DNA of 41,455 nucleotides from Sphingomonas sp. (GCA_036675225.1 JAKFFL010000020.1:1-41455); one strand, 5' to 3'. Shown: positions 17,776 through 27,344, numbered from the stretch's first letter. Notes: generated from the sequence alone by a model not told the origin. Translations and numbers: made by a program.

Positions 17776-20700
17776 ATGAGTCATTTCCTCGATCGTCTGA
17801 CCTACTTCCGCCGCAGCCAGGAGAAGTTTTCCGACGGCCACGGAATTACCACGGACGAGGCGCGGGAATGGGAGGACGCCTATCGCAAGCGCTGGGCCGC
17901 CGACAAGATCGTGCGCTCTACGCACGGCGTGAACTGCACCGGCTCCTGCTCGTGGAAGATCTACGTCAAGGGCGGGATCGTCACATGGGAGACCCAGCAG
18001 ACCGACTATCCACGCACGAGGCCCGACTTGCCGAACCACGAGCCGCGCGGCTGCCCGCGCGGCGCCAGCTACAGCTGGTACCTCTACTCGGGCACGCGCA
18101 TCAAATATCCGCTGGTCCGAGCACGTCTGGTTCGGCACTGGCGCGAGGCACGCAAGACGATGACGCCGGTCGCCGCCTGGAAGTCCATCGTCGAGGATCC
18201 ACACAAGCGCCGCGACTGGATCGCCAAGCGTGGCCGCGGCGGCTTCGTCCGCGTCGGCTGGGACGAGGTCACCGACATTATCGCCGCCGCCAATGCCTAT
18301 ACGATCAGGGAATATGGCCCCGACCGGGTCGCCGGATTCTCGCCGATCCCGGCGATGTCGATGATTTCCTATGCGGCCGGCAGCCGCTATCTGTCGCTGA
18401 TCGGCGGCACATTGCTCAGTTTCTACGACTGGTATTGCGACCTGCCGCCGTCGAGCCCGCAAACCTGGGGCGAGCAAACCGACGTTCCCGAAAGCGCCGA
18501 CTGGTACAATGCTGGCTTCCTGCTCGTCTGGGGATCCAACATCCCGATGACCCGCGCGCCCGACGCGCATTTCTATTCCGAGGTCCGCTACCGCGGCGCC
18601 AAGAGCGTTGTCATCGCGCCCGATTTCAACGAAGCGGCGAAATTCTCGGACTTGTGGCTGCACCCCAAACAAGGCACCGATGCAGCGTTGGCGCTGGCAC
18701 TCGGCCATGTCGTCCTGCGCGAGTTCCATGTCGACCGGCAGGTGGAATATTTTGCCGATTACACGCGCAAATATTCGGACTTCCCGCTGCTGGTGAAGCT
18801 GGTCGAGCACAAAGGGCAACTCGTCGCCGACCGACTACTGCGCGCCGCCGACATCAAGGGCGACCTTGGCGAGAAAGCCAACCCGGACTGGAAGACCGTG
18901 GCGCTTGACGAAATCAGCGGCAAGATCGTCTCGCCATTGGGCTCGGCGGGCTACCGCTGGGGCGACAAGGGCAAGTGGAATTTGGAAGAGAAGGACGGCA
19001 AGGGCAACGAAACCCGGCTGCGCCTGAGCCTTGCCGACGACCATGACGAGATCGTCGGTGTCGGCTTCCCCTACTTCGGCGGCGATGCACCGCATGATTT
19101 CGTGGCCACCGGCCATGAGGACGTGCTCGTCCGCAACATCCCAGTGAAGACGATCAAGCTGGCCGACGGGTCCAAGGCCCGGGTCGCCACGGTGTTCGAC
19201 CTATTCTGCGCCAATTACGGCGTCGACCGCGGATTTGGCGGTGGCAATGTCGCGGCCAGCTATGACGACGACGTGCCGTTCACGCCGGCCTGGGCCGAGA
19301 AAGTGACCGGCGTGCCGCGCCAGGCGATCATCCAGGTCGCACGCGAATTCGCGGCCAATGCCGAGATCACCAAGGGCCGCTCGATGGTCATCCTCGGGGC
19401 CGGCCTTAACCACTGGTACCACATGGACATGAGCTATCGCGGGATCATCTCGCTGCTCGTGATGTGCGGCTGCATCGGCCAGTCGGGCGGCGGCTGGTCG
19501 CACTATGTCGGCCAGGAAAAGCTTCGCCCGCAGACCGGATGGCTGCCGCTGGCCTTCGCCACGGACTGGTCACGCCCGGTGCGCCAGATGAACGGCACCA
19601 GCTTCTTTTACGCCCATACCGACCAGTGGCGTTACGAGACGCTGAAGATGTCCGAGATTCTGTCCCCACTCGCACCCGAGGGCGACTGGTCCGGCAGCAT
19701 GCTCGACTATAACGCCAAGGCCGAGCGGATGGGCTGGCTGCCGTCCGCGCCGCAGTTCGACGCCAACCCAATCGACTGGGGCAACCGGCTCAAGCAATCG
19801 GGCGAAGACCCGGCGCAGGCGATCGCCGGGGCCTTCAAGTCGGGCGAATTGAAGCCCGCCAGCCTCGATCCCGACAATCCCGTCAACTGGCCGCGCAACA
19901 TGTTCTTCTGGCGCTCCAACGTCCTCGGCGCGTCGGGCAAGGGCCATGAATATTTCCTCAAGCATCTGGTCGGATCGCTGCATGGAGTCATCGGCACCGA
20001 TGAGGAGTCCGCCGGCATCGATCGCCCGAAAGACGTAGTCTGGCGCGATCCGGCGCCGGTCGGCAAGCTTGATCTGATGGTCAACATCGACTTCCGCATG
20101 TCGACCACCAGTCTCTACTCCGACATCGTCCTGCCGACCGCGACCTGGTACGAAAAGCACGACCTCAACACGTCGGACATGCACCCCTTCATCCACCCGT
20201 TGTCGGCAGCGGTGGACCCGGCGTGGGAGACCAAGAGCGACTGGAATATCTTCCGCGCCATCGCCAAGAAATTCTCCGACATCGCGCCGGAGGTGCTCGG
20301 CATCGAGCATGACCTGGTGATGACTCCAATCCTGCACGATACGCCGGCCGAATTGGCCCAGCCCTATGAACCGAAGGACTGGCTGAAGGGCGAATGCGAG
20401 CCGATCCCCGGCGTGACCATGCCTGGCGTGCACCTGGTCGAGCGCAACTATCCCGAAACCTACGCCCGCTTCACCTCAATGGGCCCGCTGCTCGAAAAGC
20501 TCGGCAACGGCGCCAAGGGACTCAACTGGGACACCAGGCGCGAGGTCGAATTGCTCGGGGACCTCAACGGCCGTGTGCTCGAGGGACCGACCGAAGGGCG
20601 GCCGAAGATCGATTCCGACATCGACGCCTGCGAGACCATCCTGATGCTCGCGCCGGAGACTAACGGCGAAGTCGCGGTCAAGGCGTGGGAGGCGCTTGAG

Positions 20701-21576
20701 GAAATCACCGGGCGCGACCACGGCCATCTCGCCGAGGGCAAAGAGGAAGAGAAAATCCGCTTCCGCGATGTCGCCGCGCAGCCTCGCAAGATCATCTCGT
20801 CGCCGATCTGGTCGGGACTGGAGAGCGAGCATGTCTGCTACAATGCCGGCTACACCAACGTCCACGAGCTCATCCCGTGGCGAACCCTGAGCGGCCGGCA
20901 ATCGCTGTACCAGGATCATCACTGGATGCGTGCATTCGGCGAGGGGTTTGTCACCTGGCGCCCGCCGATCGATACCAAGACCGTGCGACAGGTGCTCGGC
21001 AAGCTGCCCAACGGCAACAAGGAAATCCTGCTCAACATCCTCACGCCCCACCAGAAATGGGGCATCCACTCCACCTACACCGAAAATTTGATCATGCTCA
21101 GCCTCAGCCGCGGCGGGCCGACGGTATGGATTAGCGAGGATGACGCCAAGGCGGCCGGAATCGTCGACAATGACTGGATCGAGGTGTTCAACGTCAATGG
21201 CGCGCTGACCGCGCGCGCGATCGTCTCGCAACGGATCATGCCCGGCTCGGCGATCATGTATCACGCCCAGGAAAAGCTGGTGAACACGGTCGGGTCTGAA
21301 ATCACCGGCCAGCGCGGCGGTATCCACAACAGCGTGACGCGCATCAATATGAAACCGACGCACATGGTCGGCGGCTACGTCCAGCTTGCCTACGGCTTCA
21401 ATTATTATGGCACGGTCGGCGCCAACCGCGACGAGTTCGTCATCGTTCGCAAGATGAGCCAGGTGAACTGGTTCGACAAGGCGGCCGACGACGGCGCCAA
21501 TGTCGAGGGCGGAACGGCCGATTGGGGATCCGGTGTCAAAGGCGCCCGAGCGGCGGCCAGGGAGATGGCGAAATGA
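17776..21576 (+). CDS. narG: Respiratory nitrate reductase alpha subunit
   Basis: STHGVNCTGSCSW, EPRGCPRG, SFYDWYCDLPP, TPHQKWGIHST; start at MSHFLDRL. Confidence 0.98.
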   Translation: MSHFLDRLTYFRRSQEKFSDGHGITTDEAREWEDAYRKRWAADKIVRSTHGVNCTGSCSWKIYVKGGIVTWETQQTDYPRTRPDLPNHEPRGCPRGASYSWYLYSGTRIKYPLVRARLVRHWREARKTMTPVAAWKSIVEDPHKRRDWIAKRGRGGFVRVGWDEVTDIIAAANAYTIREYGPDRVAGFSPIPAMSMISYAAGSRYLSLIGGTLLSFYDWYCDLPPSSPQTWGEQTDVPESADWYNAGFLLVWGSNIPMTRAPDAHFYSEVRYRGAKSVVIAPDFNEAAKFSDLWLHPKQGTDAALALALGHVVLREFHVDRQVEYFADYTRKYSDFPLLVKLVEHKGQLVADRLLRAADIKGDLGEKANPDWKTVALDEISGKIVSPLGSAGYRWGDKGKWNLEEKDGKGNETRLRLSLADDHDEIVGVGFPYFGGDAPHDFVATGHEDVLVRNIPVKTIKLADGSKARVATVFDLFCANYGVDRGFGGGNVAASYDDDVPFTPAWAEKVTGVPRQAIIQVAREFAANAEITKGRSMVILGAGLNHWYHMDMSYRGIISLLVMCGCIGQSGGGWSHYVGQEKLRPQTGWLPLAFATDWSRPVRQMNGTSFFYAHTDQWRYETLKMSEILSPLAPEGDWSGSMLDYNAKAERMGWLPSAPQFDANPIDWGNRLKQSGEDPAQAIAGAFKSGELKPASLDPDNPVNWPRNMFFWRSNVLGASGKGHEYFLKHLVGSLHGVIGTDEESAGIDRPKDVVWRDPAPVGKLDLMVNIDFRMSTTSLYSDIVLPTATWYEKHDLNTSDMHPFIHPLSAAVDPAWETKSDWNIFRAIAKKFSDIAPEVLGIEHDLVMTPILHDTPAELAQPYEPKDWLKGECEPIPGVTMPGVHLVERNYPETYARFTSMGPLLEKLGNGAKGLNWDTRREVELLGDLNGRVLEGPTEGRPKIDSDIDACETILMLAPETNGEVAVKAWEALEEITGRDHGHLAEGKEEEKIRFRDVAAQPRKIISSPIWSGLESEHVCYNAGYTNVHELIPWRTLSGRQSLYQDHHWMRAFGEGFVTWRPPIDTKTVRQVLGKLPNGNKEILLNILTPHQKWGIHSTYTENLIMLSLSRGGPTVWISEDDAKAAGIVDNDWIEVFNVNGALTARAIVSQRIMPGSAIMYHAQEKLVNTVGSEITGQRGGIHNSVTRINMKPTHMVGGYVQLAYGFNYYGTVGANRDEFVIVRKMSQVNWFDKAADDGANVEGGTADWGSGVKGARAAAREMAK

Positions 21577-23102
21577 AGGTTCGTGCCCAGATCGCCATGG
21601 TCCTCAACCTCGACAAGTGCATCGGCTGCCATACTTGCTCGATCACCTGCAAGAACGTCTGGACCAATCGCGAAGGCGTTGAATACGTCTGGTTCAACAA
21701 TGTCGAGACCAAGCCCGGCATCGGCTACCCCAAGGACTGGGAGAACCAGGATCGGTGGAAGGGTGGCTGGGTCCGCAAGAAAAACGGCAAGATCGTGCCG
21801 CGGCAAGGCGCCAAGTGGCGCATCCTGTCGAAAATCTTCGCCAACCCGCATTTGCCCGAAATCGACGATTTCTATGAGCCTTACACCTTCGAATACGAAT
21901 GGCTGCAGTCGGCGCCCGAGTTGCAGGCCCAGCCGACCGCGCGTCCGAAATCGCTGATCACCGGCGAGAAGCTCAACAAGATCGAGTGGAGCGGCAATTG
22001 GGAGGACATGCTCGGCGGCGAGTTCGAGAAGCGCAGCCACGATTATAATTTCGAGGGCGTCCAGAAGGAGATTTACGGCCAGTTCGAAAAGACGTTCATG
22101 ATGTACCTGCCGAGGCTGTGCGAGCACTGCCTCAATCCATCGTGCCTGGCATCCTGCCCGTCGGGCGCGATCTACAAGCGTGCCGAGGACGGCATCGTTC
22201 TTATCGACCAGGAGAAGTGCCGCGGCTGGCGGATGTGCGTGTCCGGCTGCCCCTACAAGAAAATCTACTACAACTGGGCGACTGGCAAATCGGAAAAGTG
22301 CATCTTCTGTTATCCCCGCATCGAGACTGGGCAGCCGACGGTCTGCTCGGAAACCTGCGTTGGCAGAATCCGCTATCTCGGCGTCGTCCTCTATGACGCC
22401 GACCGGATCGAGGAAGCCGCCTCGGTCGAGGACCCGAAGGACCTTTACCCGGCCCAGCTCGGAGTGTTCCTCGATCCCAACGACATCGCGGTCCAGGAAG
22501 CGGCGCGGGCGGAGGGGATCACCGACCAGTGGCTCGAGGCGGCGATGCGGTCGCCGGTCTACAAGATGGCGGTGGAATGGAAGATCGCCTTCCCGCTTCA
22601 CCCCGAATACCGCACCCTGCCGATGGTCTGGTACGTGCCGCCTTTGTCGCCGATCCAGTCGGCGGCCGAAGCCGGCAAGATGTCGGTTCAGGACGGCATG
22701 CCGGACGTCCGCTCGCTGCGCATTCCGTTGCGCTATCTCGCTAATCTGCTCACCGCCGGCGACGAAGGGCCAATCGCGAGCGCGCTCGAGCGCATGCTGG
22801 CGATGCGCGCCTACATGCGGGCAAAAAGCGTCGAGGGGCGGATCGACGAGTCGATTCCCGCACGCGTCGGGCTGACCCGCAACATCATCGAGGAGATGTA
22901 CCGGATCATGGCGCTGGCCGCTTACGAGGACCGTTACGTGATCCCGACCGCCCGGCGCGAACTTGACGAGGACGCTTTTGTGCTGCGCGGTTCGTCCGGC
23001 TTCGGCTTCCGCGAAGGGACGCTCGGCTCCAGCAAGATCAACCTGTTCGGCGGCGGCGCCAAGAAGGCGCCACGTCGACCCGACATGGAAATCTCGTCAT
23101 GA
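21573..23102 (+). CDS. narH: Respiratory nitrate reductase beta subunit
   Basis: LDKCIGCHTCSITCK, CEHCLNPSC, CRGWRMC, CIFCYPR; ATGA overlap with narG. Confidence 0.98.
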   Translation: MKVRAQIAMVLNLDKCIGCHTCSITCKNVWTNREGVEYVWFNNVETKPGIGYPKDWENQDRWKGGWVRKKNGKIVPRQGAKWRILSKIFANPHLPEIDDFYEPYTFEYEWLQSAPELQAQPTARPKSLITGEKLNKIEWSGNWEDMLGGEFEKRSHDYNFEGVQKEIYGQFEKTFMMYLPRLCEHCLNPSCLASCPSGAIYKRAEDGIVLIDQEKCRGWRMCVSGCPYKKIYYNWATGKSEKCIFCYPRIETGQPTVCSETCVGRIRYLGVVLYDADRIEEAASVEDPKDLYPAQLGVFLDPNDIAVQEAARAEGITDQWLEAAMRSPVYKMAVEWKIAFPLHPEYRTLPMVWYVPPLSPIQSAAEAGKMSVQDGMPDVRSLRIPLRYLANLLTAGDEGPIASALERMLAMRAYMRAKSVEGRIDESIPARVGLTRNIIEEMYRIMALAAYEDRYVIPTARRELDEDAFVLRGSSGFGFREGTLGSSKINLFGGGAKKAPRRPDMEISS

Positions 23103-23797
23103 AGCTGACTTTGAAAGCACTTGCCGCGCTGCTTGGCTATCCATCCGAAGAGCTGAAGGCCAATATTGGCGCGGTCGGAGACGTCTTCGCCCGCGGAACC
23201 GGCTTGTCCAGGCCGGACCGCGACCGCCTGGAGCCGTTGCTGCGCGGCTTTGCCGAACAGGATCTGCTCGACCTCCAGGCCGCCTACAGCGAATTGTTCG
23301 ACCGTTCCCGGTCGTTGTCGCTGCATTTGTTCGAACACGTCCACGGCGACAGCCGCGAACGCGGCCAGGCGATGATCGACCTTGGCCAGCAATATGTGCA
23401 GAATGGATTCTTCCTCGAGGCGAGCGAGCTTCCCGACTTCGTTCCGGTCTTCCTCGAATTCGCCTCCTGCCTGCCTGCGGCCGAGGCTCGTGAAATGCTC
23501 GGCCAGCCGGCCCATGTCTTCGCCGCCTTGGCCGAGCGCCTCGACAAAAGGCAGTCGCCCTATGCCGGCGTTTTCCATTGCCTGGTTTCGCTCGCCGATG
23601 CCCGTGTCGCGGCGGAGCAGCTGGCCGACGTGGATGAGCATACGCCGCCGGAAGACCCGGTTGATATCGACATCGAATGGGAGGAGGCACCGGTTTCGTT
23701 CATGTCTGCCGGCGCACATGAAATGGGCGGCCCGACCGGTGTCGTGGCCAAGATCCGGGCGTCTAATCGACCCGTCAATCAGGAGGCCGGACGATGA
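23099..23797 (+). CDS. narJ: Nitrate reductase molybdenum cofactor assembly chaperone
   Basis: LFDRSRSLSLHLFEHVHGDSRERGQAMIDL, ELPD; position in operon. Confidence 0.95.
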   Translation: MKLTLKALAALLGYPSEELKANIGAVGDVFARGTGLSRPDRDRLEPLLRGFAEQDLLDLQAAYSELFDRSRSLSLHLFEHVHGDSRERGQAMIDLGQQYVQNGFFLEASELPDFVPVFLEFASCLPAAEAREMLGQPAHVFAALAERLDKRQSPYAGVFHCLVSLADARVAAEQLADVDEHTPPEDPVDIDIEWEEAPVSFMSAGAHEMGGPTGVVAKIRASNRPVNQEAGR

Positions 23798-24585
23798 CCG
23801 ATTTCATCAATCAGCTCGCGTTCGGCTGGTATCCCTATCTCGCGGTGACTGTGCTGGTCGTTGGTAGCATCTTGAGGTTCGACGCCAACCAGTACAGCTG
23901 GCGTTCGCAGTCGAGCCAGTTCCTGCGGCGGCGGCAGATGGTCATCGGATCGAACCTGTTCCACATGGGCATCCTGGTGTTGCTCTTCGGACATTTCGTC
24001 GGCCTGCTGACGCCGGTGACGGTGATCGACTCGCTCGGCATCGGCCATGCCTTCAAGCAGACGGCTGCGCTGGTGGTCGGGGGCATCGCCGGTGTTGCTG
24101 CCTACATCGGCTGCACATTGCTCCTCCACCGGCGGCTGTTCGACCCGAGGATTCGCCGCAGCTCGTCGATTGGCGACATTCTTGTCCTCGTCCTCATTTG
24201 GGCACAGATCACGCTCGGTCTTCTCACCACCTGGTGGACGCTCGAGCATCTCGACGGCAGCGAGATGATCAAGTTCATGGGCTGGGCGCAAGGCGTGCTG
24301 ACCCTCGATCCGTCGGCGCCGCAGCAGATCAGAGACGTGGCCCTGGTCTACAAGCTGCACATCATCCTCGGCCTGACCCTGTTCCTGATCACCCCATTCA
24401 CCCGGCTGGTGCACATCTGGAGCGCGCCGATCTGGTATCTCCTGCGTCCGGGCTTCCAGATCGTCCGTTCGCGTTCGATGGGGCGCAAGCCCTCGCCGAC
24501 GCATGGGCCTGCCGGGGGCGCCCCGAGCTACGGTGGAGACGCGGTGATGCGGCAGCAGGCCGAAAGCGGGCAGGCCGGCGCATGA
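23794..24585 (+). CDS. narI: Respiratory nitrate reductase gamma subunit (cytochrome b)
   Basis: YPY, SWRSQSSQ, four heme His (FHMG, GHFVG, KLHIILG, RLVHIWS). Confidence 0.96.
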   Translation: MTDFINQLAFGWYPYLAVTVLVVGSILRFDANQYSWRSQSSQFLRRRQMVIGSNLFHMGILVLLFGHFVGLLTPVTVIDSLGIGHAFKQTAALVVGGIAGVAAYIGCTLLLHRRLFDPRIRRSSSIGDILVLVLIWAQITLGLLTTWWTLEHLDGSEMIKFMGWAQGVLTLDPSAPQQIRDVALVYKLHIILGLTLFLITPFTRLVHIWSAPIWYLLRPGFQIVRSRSMGRKPSPTHGPAGGAPSYGGDAVMRQQAESGQAGA

Positions 24586-25496
24586 GCGCGACCCGCCGTC
24601 TCGACGTCATCAACCTTGACGATCCGGCGCAGCGCCCCGCGCCGAAGATGATGAGCTCGTGCGAAACGAGCGGCTGCAGCGGCGGGCCCGAGCCCATGTT
24701 GCCGCCGCCGCCGACGTTCGGCGAGGTCCGGGTCAACGGGGTCGAGATCAGCCCCGAGGCGATTGCCCAGGAAATCCAGCATCACCCGGCGCCCGACGCC
24801 GAGACGGCCTGGGTCGAGGCGGCGCGCGCACTGGCGGTCCGCGAGCTGCTACTTCAGGAAGCCCGGCACCTCGAGGTCGAAGCCGAGCCGCTGGCGGACG
24901 AGGCCGGCCGATCCGAGGACGACGATGACGCGACCGTGCGGGCATTGCTGGAAATGCAGATCCAGCCGGCCCAGCCGACCGACGAGGAATGCCGCCGTTA
25001 TTATGACCGCAACATCGAGCGCTTCCGAACACCCGATCTGTTCGAGGCGGCGCATATCCTGATCGAGCCCGAAGGCGAGGATGAGGCCGCCTGGCAGGCT
25101 GCACTCGACCGAGCCCTGGCGATCATCGAGGCTGTTGGCGACAGGGCCGATGCCTTCGCTGCCGCGGCGCGCGAGCAGTCCGGCTGCGCTTCGGCGCAGC
25201 AAGATGGCTCGCTCGGCCAGATTCGGCGCGGCGAACTGGTCCCTGAAGTCCAGGCCGGCTTCGAGACGCTGGCCGATGGCACGACCGCCAGCGAGCCCGT
25301 GCGCTCGCGCTTCGGCTGGCACATCTTGCGGCTCCATCGCCGGCACCCCGGCCGCGCCTTGCCCTACGACATGGCGCGCGAGCGGATCGCCGACATGCTT
25401 GAGGCGCGCAGCTGGTCGGTCGAGGCCGCCCGCTACGTCGCGCAACTGGCAGCGCGCAACCAAGTCGAGGGAGTTCTGATCGAGGCGACCGCCTGA
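24582..25496 (+). CDS. PpiC/parvulin-type peptidyl-prolyl isomerase (nar-associated, NifM-like)
   Basis: AHILI, SGCASAQQDGSLGQI, ELVPE, PVRSRFGWHI; ATGA overlap with narI. Confidence 0.88.
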   Translation: MSATRRLDVINLDDPAQRPAPKMMSSCETSGCSGGPEPMLPPPPTFGEVRVNGVEISPEAIAQEIQHHPAPDAETAWVEAARALAVRELLLQEARHLEVEAEPLADEAGRSEDDDDATVRALLEMQIQPAQPTDEECRRYYDRNIERFRTPDLFEAAHILIEPEGEDEAAWQAALDRALAIIEAVGDRADAFAAAAREQSGCASAQQDGSLGQIRRGELVPEVQAGFETLADGTTASEPVRSRFGWHILRLHRRHPGRALPYDMARERIADMLEARSWSVEAARYVAQLAARNQVEGVLIEATA

Positions 25497-25810
25497 TGGC
25501 CATGCTCGGCGACCTGCTGGCGGCGGCGCGCGACGGCGCCGGCAGCTTTCAGCCCTGGCTCAAGGCCAAGGATCCCGACCTAGCGAGCCGGGTCGAGGCC
25601 GCCGCGGGCGCGGAGTCGATCACGCCGACCGCCTACATTCGCGGCGCGGTGTCCGATTTCGCGCGCTTCGCCGGTGAAGAAGATTGGGCGACGCTGACCT
25701 CGACCCTCAAGCGCACCGAGGATCCCGGCACGGCCTGCCTGCTGGCGATGGTCGATTGGCGTTTGACGGCAAAGGCGTGCAAGGATCATTCACACCAGCA
25801 TCGAGACTGA
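25496..25810 (+). CDS. Hypothetical protein, 104 aa, in nar operon
   Basis: TGATG coupling to the PPIase; protein-like composition; His-rich C-terminus. Confidence 0.8.
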   Translation: MAMLGDLLAAARDGAGSFQPWLKAKDPDLASRVEAAAGAESITPTAYIRGAVSDFARFAGEEDWATLTSTLKRTEDPGTACLLAMVDWRLTAKACKDHSHQHRD

Positions 25811-25824
25811 AGAGGGACCGGCCG

Positions 25825-26034
25825 ATGAGCGATCAGGACAGGGATCAACCTCAGGAAGCGCCGCTCAACCCCGCCCTCAAGAGCACCACCGAGACGGTGT
25901 ACGACACCGATCACCGCTCGGCGGCGCCAATCGACACGACCTCCGCCAGCGAAAACGAAGGCGAAGGCTGGCCCGTCGTCTGGCTGATTGTGACCGTCGT
26001 CGGCGTCGCCTTGGCGATTTACTTCCTGCTCTGA
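25825..26034 (+). CDS. Small protein, 69 aa, with C-terminal TM anchor
   Basis: GAGGG RBS before ATG 25825; acidic N-terminus then WPVVWLIVTVVGVALAIYFLL. Confidence 0.75.
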   Translation: MSDQDRDQPQEAPLNPALKSTTETVYDTDHRSAAPIDTTSASENEGEGWPVVWLIVTVVGVALAIYFLL

Positions 26035-26486
26035 ACCAGCTCGCCGCCAAGATGGCGGACGAAGTCGATCCTCTCCGCCGACAGGCCAAGGGCTTCCCAA
26101 CCGCGCCGGCGCCGTGACCGCGGGCTCGACAGTCCCTTCGCATCGAGGCTGACCAGGACGACCTCGCAGCCCAGGTCGCGCGCCAGCTCGTCGAGCGCCG
26201 AGGACAAGGCATTGCGCACCAGTGACACGTGGCCGAGCTCGAATGCCGCAATCGCTTCGACTCTCAGCGCGCTGCCATGCCGCAGGCTGGCGACGGGCAA
26301 ATAAGCGGCGACGCCGTGCACGCGCTGGTCCTCGGCCCGCACCGCCAGCACGCCGCCGCCCCGGCTCGCAAGCTGGCGGCCGAACTCCTCCCATCGCTCC
26401 GGGCCGACGCGCGCCTGCCTGCGGATCAAGGGATAGGCTTCCGCCATGCCGTCGGGCTCCAGGTTGCTTACCGTTAATTTGGGCAT
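26019..26486 (-). CDS. Hypothetical protein, probable degenerate GNAT fold
   Basis: 155 aa ORF divergent from fnr; GNAT-like pattern LRVEAIAA..ALDELARDLGCEVVLV..GWEALGL. Confidence 0.7.
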   Translation of the reverse strand: MPKLTVSNLEPDGMAEAYPLIRRQARVGPERWEEFGRQLASRGGGVLAVRAEDQRVHGVAAYLPVASLRHGSALRVEAIAAFELGHVSLVRNALSSALDELARDLGCEVVLVSLDAKGLSSPRSRRRRGWEALGLSAERIDFVRHLGGELVQSRK

Positions 26487-26546
26487 GCGCCGCCAATTGC
26501 AAAGAGGTTGGGAGTTTGAAGCCTAGGCGGGAGCGGCTATGGCGCG

Positions 26547-26560
26547 TTGAGCCAGATCAT
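26547..26560. promoter_or_regulatory. FNR/FixK-type box between the GNAT-like gene and fnr (possible autoregulation)
   Basis: TTGAG-CCAG-ATCAT (8/10; reverse ATGAT-CTGG-CTCAA). Confidence 0.7.
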
Positions 26561-26621
26561 TCGCCGCTGTTCACAGGGCGCGACCGGGAAGCGTCGATTG
26601 CCGTATCAAGCCAAGGGTCCA

Positions 26622-27335
26622 TTGATCGATTTGCCTGTGGGCCATCCCTGCGAGGATTGCCCGGTACGGCCGATCACCATTTGCCGCCGGCTCGACGCGC
26701 CGACGCTCGCCAGCCTGCGCTCGCTTGGCACTCCGCAAAAGCTCGACCCCGGCCAACCGATCTTCCATGAAGGCGATCCGGTTCGCCGAGTGTTCATGCT
26801 GACCCTGGGCTCGCTGAAAATCTACACCTTGCTCGCCGATGGCCGGCGCCAGATCACCGGCTTCATGTTCCCGGGCGATTTTCTCGGCGTGTCGATCGAC
26901 GACGAATATGCCTTCACCGCCGAAGCCTTGGTCAAAAGCGAGCTCTATTGGTTCACGCGCGACGCCTTCGACCGCTTTGTCGAAGCCAATCCCAAGGTCG
27001 AGCGGGAGCTTTACCGCCTCGCCGCGCACGAGCTGGCGGCGGCGCAGTCGCAAATGGTGCTGCTCGGCCGCAAGACGGCCGCGGAACGGCTTGCCAGCTT
27101 CTTCCTGTTCCTTGCCGAACGGCAGGAGTTGGTCGTCGGCGAGCCGCAGGACGCTTTCGACCTGCCGATGAACCGGCTCGACATCGCCGACTACCTCGGC
27201 CTGACAAAAGAGACGGTCAGCCGCATGCTGGCCCACCTTCGCGACCGCAGGCTGGTCCGCCTCGCCAGCCAGGACCGCGTCGAAATCCTCGATCGGCCGG
27301 GTCTCAAGGAGATGGCCCAAGGGTTCGGGGAATAA
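26622..27335 (+). CDS. Crp/Fnr family regulator (FnrL/FnrN-like)
   Basis: N-terminal C-x2-C-x7-C, DGRRQITGF.FPGDFLG, GRKTAAERLASF, IADYLGLTKETVSR; start probably TTG 26622, uncertain. Confidence 0.92.
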   Translation: MIDLPVGHPCEDCPVRPITICRRLDAPTLASLRSLGTPQKLDPGQPIFHEGDPVRRVFMLTLGSLKIYTLLADGRRQITGFMFPGDFLGVSIDDEYAFTAEALVKSELYWFTRDAFDRFVEANPKVERELYRLAAHELAAAQSQMVLLGRKTAAERLASFFLFLAERQELVVGEPQDAFDLPMNRLDIADYLGLTKETVSRMLAHLRDRRLVRLASQDRVEILDRPGLKEMAQGFGE

Positions 27336-27344
27336 GCTGTAGCA

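Noticed and set aside
17632-25496. N-terminal extensions of narG, narH and the PPIase in the ORF track
   Set aside because: They overlap upstream genes; an RBS (17776) or ATGA overlaps (21573, 24582) mark the real starts
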